Shown here: positions 1-7,628 of the stretch, one piece after another
Layout of the letters: each line of letters begins with the position of its first letter
How positions within the stretch are numbered: position 1 is the first letter of the stretch
Source: an uncultured virus (IMG/VR IMGVR_UViG_3300022555_000054)
Lineage: Duplodnaviria; Heunggongvirae; Uroviricota; Caudoviricetes
Length of the DNA: 20,000 nt
Reading direction: 5' to 3' (one strand)
Virus record (IMG/VR): IMGVR_UViG_3300022555_000054
Position numbers and translations under genes: made by a program
Notes under the pieces: model-generated
The model's input: the letters and a program-made list of their open reading frames with translations, nothing else
Databases searched by the model: none
What the model was told of the DNA's origin: nothing

Positions 1-293
1 ATATTGGCTTTGGCCTCATTGAGTTCGTTCCAGTAATTTTTCTCCCCCATCGCAGAGAAATGGGACAACCCGGCTTCCAGTTCTGCCACCATGGAACTGA
101 TCGCGTCACGCTCGGCTTCCAGTTCAGTGACACGGGCGTCGTGCTTGGTCTGCATCTCGGATGTCATCCGGTTCGCCCAAGCGGACCATTCAATGGCCTG
201 CGCCTTGAGCGCGTCACGCTCAGCGCGGATGACTTCGATCTGTCGATCCTGCGTCTCCGCGATCAGCCGCCACTCGCATTCGTGGTCAGACAT
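1..293 (-). CDS. Hypothetical coiled-coil phage protein, 3'-partial (MSDHECEWRLIAETQDRQIEVIRAERDALK...)
   Basis: Manual translation: ATG at 293 overlaps the end of the upstream gene, AGGAG RBS upstream, frame open to the window edge. Confidence 0.65.
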   Translation of the reverse strand, partial: MSDHECEWRLIAETQDRQIEVIRAERDALKAQAIEWSAWANRMTSEMQTKHDARVTELEAERDAISSMVAELEAGLSHFSAMGEKNYWNELNEAKAN

Positions 294-636
294 TGGCATC
301 CTCCTGTGCGATTAACGCCGCGAACAGGGCGCGCAAGATGGCGAGCGGGGCGGTGGGGGCCTTAGCTTCTTCCATATGTTTTCCTACTTCCAGGTGTAGG
401 AAGAACTGATAGCGATTTGCTGCAATCGGGTCGTACTCCATATCCCACATAGATACCGGCAGCACTCGCTCCACCAGCCCCAGCGCGGCGTCTATACTGG
501 CGGTATACGGCGGCGTACCTTGGCTCACATCTACGCTGTTGAGTGCCAGCCTGATGGCTGTGTCAATTTTCCACCCCAGCCCGCTCGCCTCTTCCAGTCG
601 CCGGGCGATGTCGCGGAGTTGTTCGAGTTTGGTCAT
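286..636 (-). CDS. Phage ABA-sandwich-like accessory protein
   Basis: Motifs PPYTASIDAALGLVE and APTAPLAILRAL resemble the phage ABA sandwich family; GGAG RBS. Confidence 0.7.
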   Translation of the reverse strand: MTKLEQLRDIARRLEEASGLGWKIDTAIRLALNSVDVSQGTPPYTASIDAALGLVERVLPVSMWDMEYDPIAANRYQFFLHLEVGKHMEEAKAPTAPLAILRALFAALIAQEDANV

Positions 637-747
637 ACGGGCTCACTCCATTCAGGAAGCTGAACAGTAGCGATATGCCGACTATCCAGGGATCGTTTTT
701 GGGTATCGTAGATTATTGCCGACGTGACAAACTCGTTACCTATCCCA

Positions 748-1024
748 TAGACCTCAGCCACCCCCACCACTTGACTGGTGGGTTGATGAGGTCTAAGCAA
801 TGCCCTGAGTATCCAGAAATGCTTTTACCGTCAGCGCACCAGGTTCTAACAGCATTCTCAATGCTCGGCGTGGCGATGGTGGATTATGGTGAACTGCGGC
901 GGGTGCTGCGGGCTTGCCGAGGGGATTCCCCGTCCTAAATGTGTGCAAAATTTGCACGTAGTCACTAGCTACCATCCAAAATAGTCACCACCCCGCTGGC
1001 TTCGGCTGGCGGGGTTCTTTTTTG
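748..1024 (+). ncRNA. Candidate structured ncRNA ending at an intrinsic terminator
   Basis: Stems 748-756/787-795, 763-769/776-782, 851-856/860-865, long stem 870-898/957-988 with G-U pairs that work only on the + strand, terminator 991-1023. Confidence 0.5.
991..1023 (+). terminator. Rho-independent terminator
   Basis: CCCCGCTGGC-TTCG-GCTGGCGGGG stem with cUUCGg loop followed by TTCTTTTTT. Confidence 0.85.
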
Positions 1025-1142
1025 CGTTTAGGTGGGTGGGGTTAGGGTCTGCATGCTTCGGCTCCTGTAAAAAAGCGGCGTGGTGATCAATTCCGGCGTT
1101 TCAGCAGCGGCGGCGCGCCACCCTGTCAGGGGCTGGGGCCGG

Positions 1143-1397
1143 TCATATCGGGAGATCAGGCGGAAGGTGGCGGCCCGAGGGCGATATGGCAGAAACGCAA
1201 TCAAGCAGGTAGCATCCCGTCACTCCATCCAGCCAAATCACCGCCGAGTGACCAGACAAAATCCCCGCCTTGGTCCGTGTTGTTGTTTCGATCACCGCAC
1301 CATCGTCCTTGCGAAGCCGCACCCGTTGACCGACCTGATAACGTGAGTTCCATCGCTCAACTGCGTCGGAAAGTTTCTTGGCGGATGGCGGTTTCAT
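1143..1397 (-). CDS. Conserved hypothetical phage protein (small beta-barrel-like; WNSRYQVGQRV...LSGHSAVIWL)
   Basis: AGGAG RBS before ATG at 1397; motif typical of small phage proteins. Confidence 0.7.
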   Translation of the reverse strand: MKPPSAKKLSDAVERWNSRYQVGQRVRLRKDDGAVIETTTRTKAGILSGHSAVIWLDGVTGCYLLDCVSAISPSGRHLPPDLPI

Positions 1398-1459
1398 AAT
1401 CGACTCCTGTACAGACTGGCGGGGGGTGACTGGAGAAAACAGTAAAACTGGATGTGCGC

Positions 1460-1726
1460 TCATGGTTTCGGAGCAAAATCGATCAGAACCGCCCATGTGT
1501 CGGTTGAAATCGCACCCGCACGAAGCATCGTCTCCGTCGGGGTCCTGGGCAAAATAGCGTGCTCCTGTTCAATTGCCCGGATGACCTCGGACGCGACGCC
1601 GATTTGGTCCTGCCACTTGAACGCATTCCGTGGGGGTTCGCCACGCTGCCGAATCACGCCGGGATCGTCCGGATTCTCGCCACGGCGCGCGGTGATAACT
1701 CTGGCGATTTTTTCTATCAGGTTCAC
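1460..1726 (-). CDS. Hypothetical phage protein (MNLIEKIARVI...PTETMLRAG...WAVLIDFA)
   Basis: GTG start at 1726 after AAAGGTGA; IEKIAR and PTExML motifs are common in alphaproteobacterial phage accessory proteins. Confidence 0.65.
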   Translation of the reverse strand: MNLIEKIARVITARRGENPDDPGVIRQRGEPPRNAFKWQDQIGVASEVIRAIEQEHAILPRTPTETMLRAGAISTDTWAVLIDFAPKP

Positions 1727-1819
1727 GACTTCACCTTTTGGGGGCGTTGTTGGATGGTCAGGCGGCAACCGCAGCCTCGTTTTGCGACCCCCCGACATGC
1801 TCCGAAATTCACGATGGAC

Positions 1820-1856
1820 AAAATATCGCATATCAGCTATCGTGTCAATCGCATAT
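1820..1856 (-). promoter_or_regulatory. Leftward sigma70-type promoter with ATCGCATAT direct repeats (candidate RHH operator)
   Basis: TTGACA (1848-1843)-N17-TATTTT (1825-1820); ATCGCATAT at 1825-1833 and 1848-1856. Confidence 0.65.
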
Positions 1857-1872
1857 TCGATATGGGTTGGGC

Positions 1873-2064
1873 ATGGGCCGGAAAAAAGAGTTCACCGAGC
1901 GGATGATCGCGGCGTTTCCGGCGGGAACGCTGGTACGGATTGATGCCGCGCTCGTGCCCGGAGAAAAGCGAACCGATCTTATTCGGGGGGCTGTATCGAA
2001 GGAAGTGGCGAAGCGTGGGCGTCTCCGCAAACACCCTGACCGAAGGAATGACGGTGATGAGTGA
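1873..2064 (+). CDS. Ribbon-helix-helix (CopG/Arc-like) regulator
   Basis: MGRKKEFTERMIAAFPAGTLVRIDAALVPGEKRTDLIRGAVSKEV: strand, helix, RxDLIRxAV helix pattern. Confidence 0.75.
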   Translation: MGRKKEFTERMIAAFPAGTLVRIDAALVPGEKRTDLIRGAVSKEVAKRGRLRKHPDRRNDGDE

Positions 2065-2338
2065 CGAAACGCGCGAAGGGGTATCGGTGACGAAAAAAAT
2101 CGCATGGGATCGTAATTGGAGCCGGGAGATGCGCCGCGTCCGACTGTGTGGTAGGATGGCGCACCATGGGCCGTGGGCGTGGCAGCGCAAGCCGAGGGTC
2201 TTCACGCGGGTTCGATATCTGGTAGGCATCATGACCTATGAGGCGGAAATCCGCTGTTGGCTGACTCAGCGCCCGCATGGCTCACTTACGTCGATCTACG
2301 GAGAGAAGCCCCTGCCTAGGGCGTGGCGGAAGCGGTGA
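2057..2338 (+). CDS. Hypothetical basic, Trp/Arg-rich protein
   Basis: ORF overlapping the RHH stop codon; no recognisable motif. Confidence 0.4.
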   Translation: MSDETREGVSVTKKIAWDRNWSREMRRVRLCGRMAHHGPWAWQRKPRVFTRVRYLVGIMTYEAEIRCWLTQRPHGSLTSIYGEKPLPRAWRKR

Positions 2339-2402
2339 CGGCCGTGATGTGCGCGGACGGAGTTTACGCGGGCGGACCGGGTGGCGGGGCGCGGTTAGCC
2401 AG

Positions 2403-2421
2403 CATCCGGTTTACATCCGGC
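2403..2421 (+). repeat. Arm-type integrase-binding repeat pair (left arm)
   Basis: CATCCGGTTTACATCCGGC, matching 2590-2609. Confidence 0.7.
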
Positions 2422-2511
2422 CTTCCCCGCGACGATACCGAGTCATTTCTCCGTAAAACATGCCCAAACCAAGAATAAACGCAGAACATCAGCGCAACAT
2501 CATATAATACC

Positions 2512-2561
2512 CAACCTTGCCAAGGTTGGGGTCGAGGGTTCGAATCCCTTCGCCCGCTCCA
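2512..2561 (+). other. attP core: 3' portion of tRNA-Gly(GCC) from the anticodon stem to CCA
   Basis: CAACC-TTGCCAA-GGTTG anticodon arm, GAGGG-TTCGAAT-CCCTT T arm, CGCCCGC-T-CCA end; no D arm or 5' acceptor strand upstream; adjacent to int. Confidence 0.9.
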
Positions 2562-2589
2562 ATACTTAGCCGGTATTGGGGCGACCGCA

Positions 2590-2609
2590 CATCCGGTTTT
2601 ACATCCGGC
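2590..2609 (+). repeat. Arm-type integrase-binding repeat pair (right arm)
   Basis: CATCCGGTTTTACATCCGGC. Confidence 0.7.
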
Positions 2610-2929
2610 TAACGAAACTCAGGAGGGGCGGTAATCGGCATCCAAAAAACAGGTTCGAATGTCAGGCCGGCGTTCTCCATGTCCCATTCCTCTTGATCCG
2701 TTATCTGAGTCAATGTGCTAAATGCTGGATATGTCCAGAGACCTTTGACAAAGCCTCCTGCCCAGACAAAATAGTCACCATCGCCCCAGAGATTGCTTAT
2801 AAGTAATATCAGAGAGCCATCAAGAGTGGCTGTTGATATTGGCATCCATCTGCAATTGCACGCACTGATCTTATCTTCAATTTTATACCGAGCTGCCATA
2901 GCGGCTAAATTACGGTAGTGATCCGTCAT
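2609..2929 (-). CDS. DUF551-like phage protein
   Basis: WMPISTATLDGSLIL...FWMPITAPP motifs; ATGA overlap with the int stop. Confidence 0.7.
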   Translation of the reverse strand: MTDHYRNLAAMAARYKIEDKISACNCRWMPISTATLDGSLILLISNLWGDGDYFVWAGGFVKGLWTYPAFSTLTQITDQEEWDMENAGLTFEPVFWMPITAPPEFR

Positions 2930-4065
2930 CTCCCCCTCCTGCTCTGCGCAATATCCTGCATATGCTCCGGCGCGTGGTGGCCGTAGCGGTCATTGACCAT
3001 CTTCTCCGACATCCCGACGAACCCGCCGACTTTCCAGGCCGGATGCCCGTCTTGCATCAGCCACGAGACCGCCGTGTGCCGGAGCGTGTGTGGTGTCACA
3101 TCGTCCAAGCCAGCATCAGCGCACGCCGACTCGAACGACTTCCGAATGTTCTTGATCGGCTGGCCTTCAGCCTCGATGACGAACTGACGAGTCCGCGCTC
3201 TGATTCTCCGCAGCCGCGCCAAGAGTCGATTCGGGATCGGGGACGTTGCTCGACGTTTTTTCGTCTGGGCTCTCCCTACTGGCATAAAGTCGATGACGCC
3301 GCGCTCCAGGTCGATCCAGCCGCCGGCCGTGTTGGGCTGCCATTGGAGCGACAGAATTGCTTCCTTGCGGGCGCCCATGTAGATGCCGATCAGGATGAAG
3401 TCGGTGAGGTATAGCCCCGCCTCTTTGCGCTTCCAAGCGGCGCGCAGTAGCTTTGCGGCGGCGGATCGGTCCAGCCACACCTCTTTCCCTTTCGGGGCAT
3501 CAGGAAGCACGACAACCGGCGCCTCGCCGAGCAAATAGCCCTCGGTGCGGCACCACTCGACGGCGCTGCGCAGAACCCCAAGTTCCCGGCGAACGGTTCC
3601 GGCCGCCTTCTTGCCGCCCGTGCGAATCGTCTTGTCCTTGCGGACGCGATCAACGCATTTTGCCTCTCTGGCGTAACGTCGGCATGTCGCGGCGGTGATC
3701 TTGTCGACCGTCAGCTCTCCCCACCATTCGGCCAGGGCTTGGCAGTTGTTCGCCAGCGTCTCCCGGCCGGAAACCCCCGGGCCGTGGTGCTCGGCGTAGA
3801 GTGACAGCGCATCAACGATCAGGAAAACATTGGGATCACGCGGGCTGTTCCGTTCGTGCTCTGCGTCTCTGGTTTGGGTGAATTCCCCGAGCGCCCCTTC
3901 AGCTTCTCGAAGGTCGCCAGTGCCCGTCGAACGCTCACGCTGCCGGCCGCCTTCCTGGTAGAGGATGTACCAGACGTAGCGGGTGAACCCGCGTCTTGGC
4001 TTGGCTCCGCGCATGGAGTCTGGCCCGTAGAGCTGGAGGTGGACGCCCTTGCTCTGGCGCGGCAT
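2926..4065 (-). CDS. int: Tyrosine recombinase (phage integrase)
   Basis: Catalytic R (YMGARKEAI), K (TKKRR), HTLRH and C-terminal Y (DRYGH); N-terminal arm-binding-like region (RERSTGT). Confidence 0.95.
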   Translation of the reverse strand: MPRQSKGVHLQLYGPDSMRGAKPRRGFTRYVWYILYQEGGRQRERSTGTGDLREAEGALGEFTQTRDAEHERNSPRDPNVFLIVDALSLYAEHHGPGVSGRETLANNCQALAEWWGELTVDKITAATCRRYAREAKCVDRVRKDKTIRTGGKKAAGTVRRELGVLRSAVEWCRTEGYLLGEAPVVVLPDAPKGKEVWLDRSAAAKLLRAAWKRKEAGLYLTDFILIGIYMGARKEAILSLQWQPNTAGGWIDLERGVIDFMPVGRAQTKKRRATSPIPNRLLARLRRIRARTRQFVIEAEGQPIKNIRKSFESACADAGLDDVTPHTLRHTAVSWLMQDGHPAWKVGGFVGMSEKMVNDRYGHHAPEHMQDIAQSRRGR

Positions 4066-4244
4066 GGCTTGTCTCCCTGCTTCATGTAGTCGTCCAGGTC
4101 GGTCTTGGCGATCAGGAGCGTTTTGCCGAACCGTCGCGCCCGGAGACGGCCGGCGTCAATGGCGGCTTTCACAGTTGCGGTCTTCACGGCCCCGTTCGGG
4201 TGGATATAGGCCGCCGCCTCCGATATGGTCATCAGATCGTGCAT
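3819..4244 (-). CDS. xis: Excisionase/HTH_17-type protein with a long tail overlapping int
   Basis: LMTISEAAAYI...TVKAAIDAGRLRARRFGKTLLI winged-HTH signature directly upstream of int; start could be 4244 or 4232. Confidence 0.8.
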   Translation of the reverse strand: MHDLMTISEAAAYIHPNGAVKTATVKAAIDAGRLRARRFGKTLLIAKTDLDDYMKQGDKPCRARARASTSSSTGQTPCAEPSQDAGSPATSGTSSTRKAAGSVSVRRALATFEKLKGRSGNSPKPETQSTNGTARVIPMFS

Positions 4245-4290
4245 TGCGCCATCCGCCTCCTCAGCACCTCGTTTTCCGCCGCAATGTCCA

Positions 4291-4782
4291 TCACGCAAAC
4301 ACCCCCTCAGCTTCCAACCGCGCCAGAACCTTCCGCGCCGACTTCGCCGCGCTCCTATCCAGCGCCTCCAGAGCTTCGGCGTTGTCCGGCTTACTGCGGA
4401 TTGTCTCGTCGAGCATCTCGTACCCCCGGTCGAAGTCGCTGCCCGAGATCAGCCGCAGCCGGTCGCTTTCCAGCAGTTCGGCCATCAGATATTGTGCATG
4501 ACGGTACGCCGGCAGGATTCCGCGCTTGTCGGCCATGACTGCATTCGCCAACCGATCTGCCCGGCGCAGCAGCTTCCTGGCCTTGCGGTCGATCTGCCCG
4601 CCGTCGAGGATGGCCTCGGCCGCAGCCTTGCCCAGCAGATGGATCGCGGGCCACAGATCGGGGTGGTCATCCGGCTTGGCATACATTCCGGTCTCGACAC
4701 AGTGGTCGAGGATTTGGCCGGCGATCCGCACGAACACCAGCGGGATCACTGCAAGCTCAACGCGGCGGCGGTCGGAGATCAT
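4291..4782 (-). CDS. Hypothetical alpha-helical phage protein (MISDRRRVELAV...)
   Basis: ATG at 4782 in ATGA overlap with the upstream stop. Confidence 0.7.
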   Translation of the reverse strand: MISDRRRVELAVIPLVFVRIAGQILDHCVETGMYAKPDDHPDLWPAIHLLGKAAAEAILDGGQIDRKARKLLRRADRLANAVMADKRGILPAYRHAQYLMAELLESDRLRLISGSDFDRGYEMLDETIRSKPDNAEALEALDRSAAKSARKVLARLEAEGVFA

Positions 4783-4979
4783 GGCTGCGGCTCCACCGGC
4801 TTCGGATACCAAAACCGCCCGCTCAGGCCGCAGACATCGCTCCAGGGGAGGGCGAGGACGCGCTGATATCGAACCCAATTGTCGAACGGAAGCCCGATGT
4901 ACCTGCGAGTTGCCTTCCAGGGGCCGGAAGCTGCCGCATCACACAGCGCCCGCAGTTCAGCGATTTTCTCTGGCGTCAT
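4779..4979 (-). CDS. Ead/Ea22-like N-terminal domain protein (short)
   Basis: IAELRALCDAAASGPW motif. Confidence 0.6.
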   Translation of the reverse strand: MTPEKIAELRALCDAAASGPWKATRRYIGLPFDNWVRYQRVLALPWSDVCGLSGRFWYPKPVEPQP

Positions 4980-5047
4980 CCCTCACTCCCCCACCAAATA
5001 ACAACCCCGGCTGCGATGATCAGGGCGGCGATGATTTCGGTTTCCAT
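4976..5047 (-). CDS. 23-aa hydrophobic peptide METEIIAALIIAAGVVIWWGSEG
   Basis: Manual translation; TGATG and ATGA overlaps on both sides, GGGAGG RBS. Confidence 0.55.
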   Translation of the reverse strand: METEIIAALIIAAGVVIWWGSEG

Positions 5048-5196
5048 CAGCAGTTCGCCTCCCGTGGCACCCAGACATCGCGGCGCGCTTCTGCCCCCGA
5101 ACGGGCGAAGACCACACACCATCCATCTCCCCCGTCATGGGCGATGTAAGCGAGATTGGGTCGTTTCTTAGGTGGATCGGGTTTCGCGCGCGCCAT
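5047..5196 (-). CDS. Small hypothetical protein (MARAKPDPPKKRPNLAYIAHDGGDGWCVVFARSGAEARR...)
   Basis: Manual translation; AGGAG RBS inside the recT end; AY...VVFAxSxxEAR motif seen in small phage proteins. Confidence 0.55.
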   Translation of the reverse strand: MARAKPDPPKKRPNLAYIAHDGGDGWCVVFARSGAEARRDVWVPREANC

Positions 5197-5201
5197 CTCG
5201 C

Positions 5202-6053
5202 TCACTCCTGCCCGGCGGCGGTGTCGGGGCCGGGCCAGCCGTCTCCGGCGCCTACCTCACCGGTATCGGCGTCGTAATCGGCATCGACCGGCTGGTGTTC
5301 GATCTGGGCGCCGGCAGACGCAGCAAGGAACGGGTCGGATGACGGGGCGATCTGCTGGGCCGGCGGGTGATCCAGCGAGATCGCGTGCATGGCGTCGTCG
5401 CGCTCCAGCACCCGCTCAACCTCGGTGGACATGGGAAGCCGCTTCGCCAGCGCCTTAATCACGGTCTTGCACGCCCCCTCTTCGTACCATCCCGTCCACA
5501 TCGGGGAGTTGGCCGAGCCGGCCTTGCGGCGCTTCTCGATGTCGGCCTTGAGCATCACGCGGCGCTCGATACCGCCGCCGGCCAGCTTCGCGATGGCGTA
5601 GGCGGCGATGACGGGGCCGCGATCTTCCTTCATGCTCGGCTCATGATGGATGCTTTCCTCATCGCCGAGGATGTAGCGGAACTCGTCCTCCCTGTAGACG
5701 GGGTGAGCGGTCAGGCTGAGGATTTCCCCGCTGTTCCGCATCTTCTTGATGATGCCGTAGACCATCGGCATCCACTGCGCCTTGCCCTTGAATAGGACGA
5801 TGGCGCCCTCGCGGCCATCGGGGAGCAACCCGTCCTGGGCTGCCATCATGCAGGCGCCGAGCAGGGCCTTCGGGTCCGACTTCAGGAGTTCCGGAGACCG
5901 CGTGACTGCGGTCTGGGCCACGCGGCGGAACCGCTCAACGGGGATGTGGGCCGGTAGGGCAGACTGGAACTCGGGCGTCATGCGCTCCAAGTCCTGACGG
6001 AATTGCTGGATCGGCGCGAGCTGGCGGCCTTGCGGCTGGTGCTGTTCGGACAT
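5202..6053 (-). CDS. recT: RecT-family single-strand annealing protein
   Basis: ALPAHIPVERFRRVA, CMMAAQDGLLPDGREG, KTVIKALAKRLPMSTE motifs. Confidence 0.95.
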   Translation of the reverse strand: MSEQHQPQGRQLAPIQQFRQDLERMTPEFQSALPAHIPVERFRRVAQTAVTRSPELLKSDPKALLGACMMAAQDGLLPDGREGAIVLFKGKAQWMPMVYGIIKKMRNSGEILSLTAHPVYREDEFRYILGDEESIHHEPSMKEDRGPVIAAYAIAKLAGGGIERRVMLKADIEKRRKAGSANSPMWTGWYEEGACKTVIKALAKRLPMSTEVERVLERDDAMHAISLDHPPAQQIAPSSDPFLAASAGAQIEHQPVDADYDADTGEVGAGDGWPGPDTAAGQE

Positions 6054-6056
6054 TGG

Positions 6057-7046
6057 TTAAACCTCCTGGTCGAGCGGCGCGAACCCACGGAAAGCCGTGG
6101 CAAAGCGCGGGTCAAAGAAACTCGCCCCATTGGCCTCGCGGGCGTCGATCTGCCGGCGATACCAGTCGGGCATTGCGATGTTGTGGGCGCCGCCGGACGC
6201 GCTCTGGTAGCCGGGCCACTTGCCGGAGTTCAGGCACTCGGCGAACTTCTGGCGGGCAGCCTCGCCGGCCTTCCGGCCCTCGTTGATCCACTCCGGCTCA
6301 AGCCAGTGGACCGAGCAGAGGTAGGGCGCGGTCTTCTCCTGGAAGACGAAGGCGAAGCGGTCGAGACGCGGGCCGCCGGTCTGGGCAACGCTCTCCAGAT
6401 ACCAAGCGGCCTGGATGTGGTAGCCGTAGTTGACGATGGCCTTCGCCACGTCGTCGGGCTTGGCGCTGACGGTGGTCTTGTAGTCCGACACCCACATGCC
6501 GGAGATCGCCGAGCCGTCGAGCCGAGCTTTGCACCACACCTTCGTCTCGGGATCGATCCACACCCGCGTTTGCTCGGAGACGACATAGGCCGGGTCGAAT
6601 GCAGCGCGGGCCACCGGGTCGAGTTCCAGGGCCTCACGCATGGCAAGGATCATCTCGTGCTCGTCAGGAAGCAGCGGCACCAAGCCGGCGTCATAGGCGG
6701 CGTCGCGCTGATCCTTGGCGTCCTGGCTGGTGTAGCCGGCACTCAGCTTGCCGTCCTTGGTCTTACCGCGAACGATGGCGACCGAGTGATCGAACAGCTT
6801 GGGCTCGAGGACGAGAAGGTGCGCGGCTTGGCCGATGTCGAAGGTCCGCTTGTGGACCGCCGGGCGCGGCTTGACGTAATCGAAATAGAATTTTGCGGGG
6901 CACCCGGTCAGAAGCGCGCGGGCGCCGGAGGACGATAGGGCCGGCTGCGGCGTAAGGCCGGCGGTGTGGTAGACGGCGGATTCGATGTCGTCGAAAATTC
7001 CCGGCTCGGTGATAAGCGGATGGTGCGGGGTGATGGTGTCTGGCAT
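6057..7046 (-). CDS. recE: RecE/exonuclease VIII-like PD-(D/E)XK nuclease (DUF3799 type)
   Basis: LSSSG, FDIGQAAH, CKARLD, DYKTT, YHIQAAWY, WPGY motifs; adjacent to recT. Confidence 0.9.
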   Translation of the reverse strand: MPDTITPHHPLITEPGIFDDIESAVYHTAGLTPQPALSSSGARALLTGCPAKFYFDYVKPRPAVHKRTFDIGQAAHLLVLEPKLFDHSVAIVRGKTKDGKLSAGYTSQDAKDQRDAAYDAGLVPLLPDEHEMILAMREALELDPVARAAFDPAYVVSEQTRVWIDPETKVWCKARLDGSAISGMWVSDYKTTVSAKPDDVAKAIVNYGYHIQAAWYLESVAQTGGPRLDRFAFVFQEKTAPYLCSVHWLEPEWINEGRKAGEAARQKFAECLNSGKWPGYQSASGGAHNIAMPDWYRRQIDAREANGASFFDPRFATAFRGFAPLDQEV

Positions 7047-7065
7047 GGCGTGATCCTCAGTTTCC

Positions 7066-7626
7066 TCAGTAAGTAATGGAAACGCCAGCCACCTGCCCCT
7101 TGGCGATAGCGGTGATCACCATCCGGGCGGTCGCATCGTCGATGCTGGTGACCGACACCAGGGCGGCCACGGCAGCGCGGTTGACGGCCTTGCGGTTCTC
7201 AACATCCTTCTCCCTCCGCGCCCGCTCATCCGCCTCGGCCTTCTGCTGCGCCGCGATCCTGGCGCGCTCCCGTTCGGCGGCTTCCTGCTCCCGGCGCTGG
7301 GCTGCGGCTTCGGCGGCGATGCGGTCCTGTTCTGCCTTTTCGGCAGCCTCCACCCGGTCCCGCTCGGCATCAACAAGCTTTGCCGACGTTTTCCAGCCTT
7401 CGACCAGCTTCTTACCCATGTCGTCGAGGAAGGTTTTTGACCGCGCGACCTTGTAGGCCAGCGAAGCGCAGCGCTTGCGGCCGGTGGGCGTCGAGATGTC
7501 GATGTCCTCTGCCGTCACCTCGGCCCGGATGCGGGCAATGATCGGGTCAACGCCTCCGGGGGTGAAAACCTGGGCCGGGACGAGGGTTTCAAGAACGACG
7601 GGTGTGTTGGTGATCGCGGTGTCCAT
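7066..7626 (-). CDS. Conserved phage coiled-coil protein of the recombination module
   Basis: GRKRCASLAYKVARSKTFLDDMGK motif, Ala/Glu/Arg coiled coil, C-terminal IAKGQVAGVSITY. Confidence 0.75.
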   Translation of the reverse strand: MDTAITNTPVVLETLVPAQVFTPGGVDPIIARIRAEVTAEDIDISTPTGRKRCASLAYKVARSKTFLDDMGKKLVEGWKTSAKLVDAERDRVEAAEKAEQDRIAAEAAAQRREQEAAERERARIAAQQKAEADERARREKDVENRKAVNRAAVAALVSVTSIDDATARMVITAIAKGQVAGVSITY

Positions 7627-7628
7627 GG

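Noticed and set aside
675..938. 87-aa + strand CDS or type I toxin
   Set aside because: No RBS, no clear TM helix, no motif; the best RBS (GAGGT 788-792) precedes ATG-CCC-TGA. Not fully excluded
748..1024. Retron msr-msd or group II intron
   Set aside because: No reverse transcriptase in the window and no recognisable intron domain V
2480..2561. Functional tRNA-Gly gene
   Set aside because: The 5' acceptor strand and D arm are missing; only the 3' 50 bp are present, which fits an att core
5150..5201. GCGAGAT/ATCTCGC inverted repeat as a terminator after recT
   Set aside because: Large loop, no U tract, and it lies over the start of a plausible small ORF
6003..6938. Long antisense ORFs (also 4225-4866, 11957-12445, 15786-16532, 17993-18736)
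   Set aside because: Expected in GC-rich DNA opposite well-supported genes
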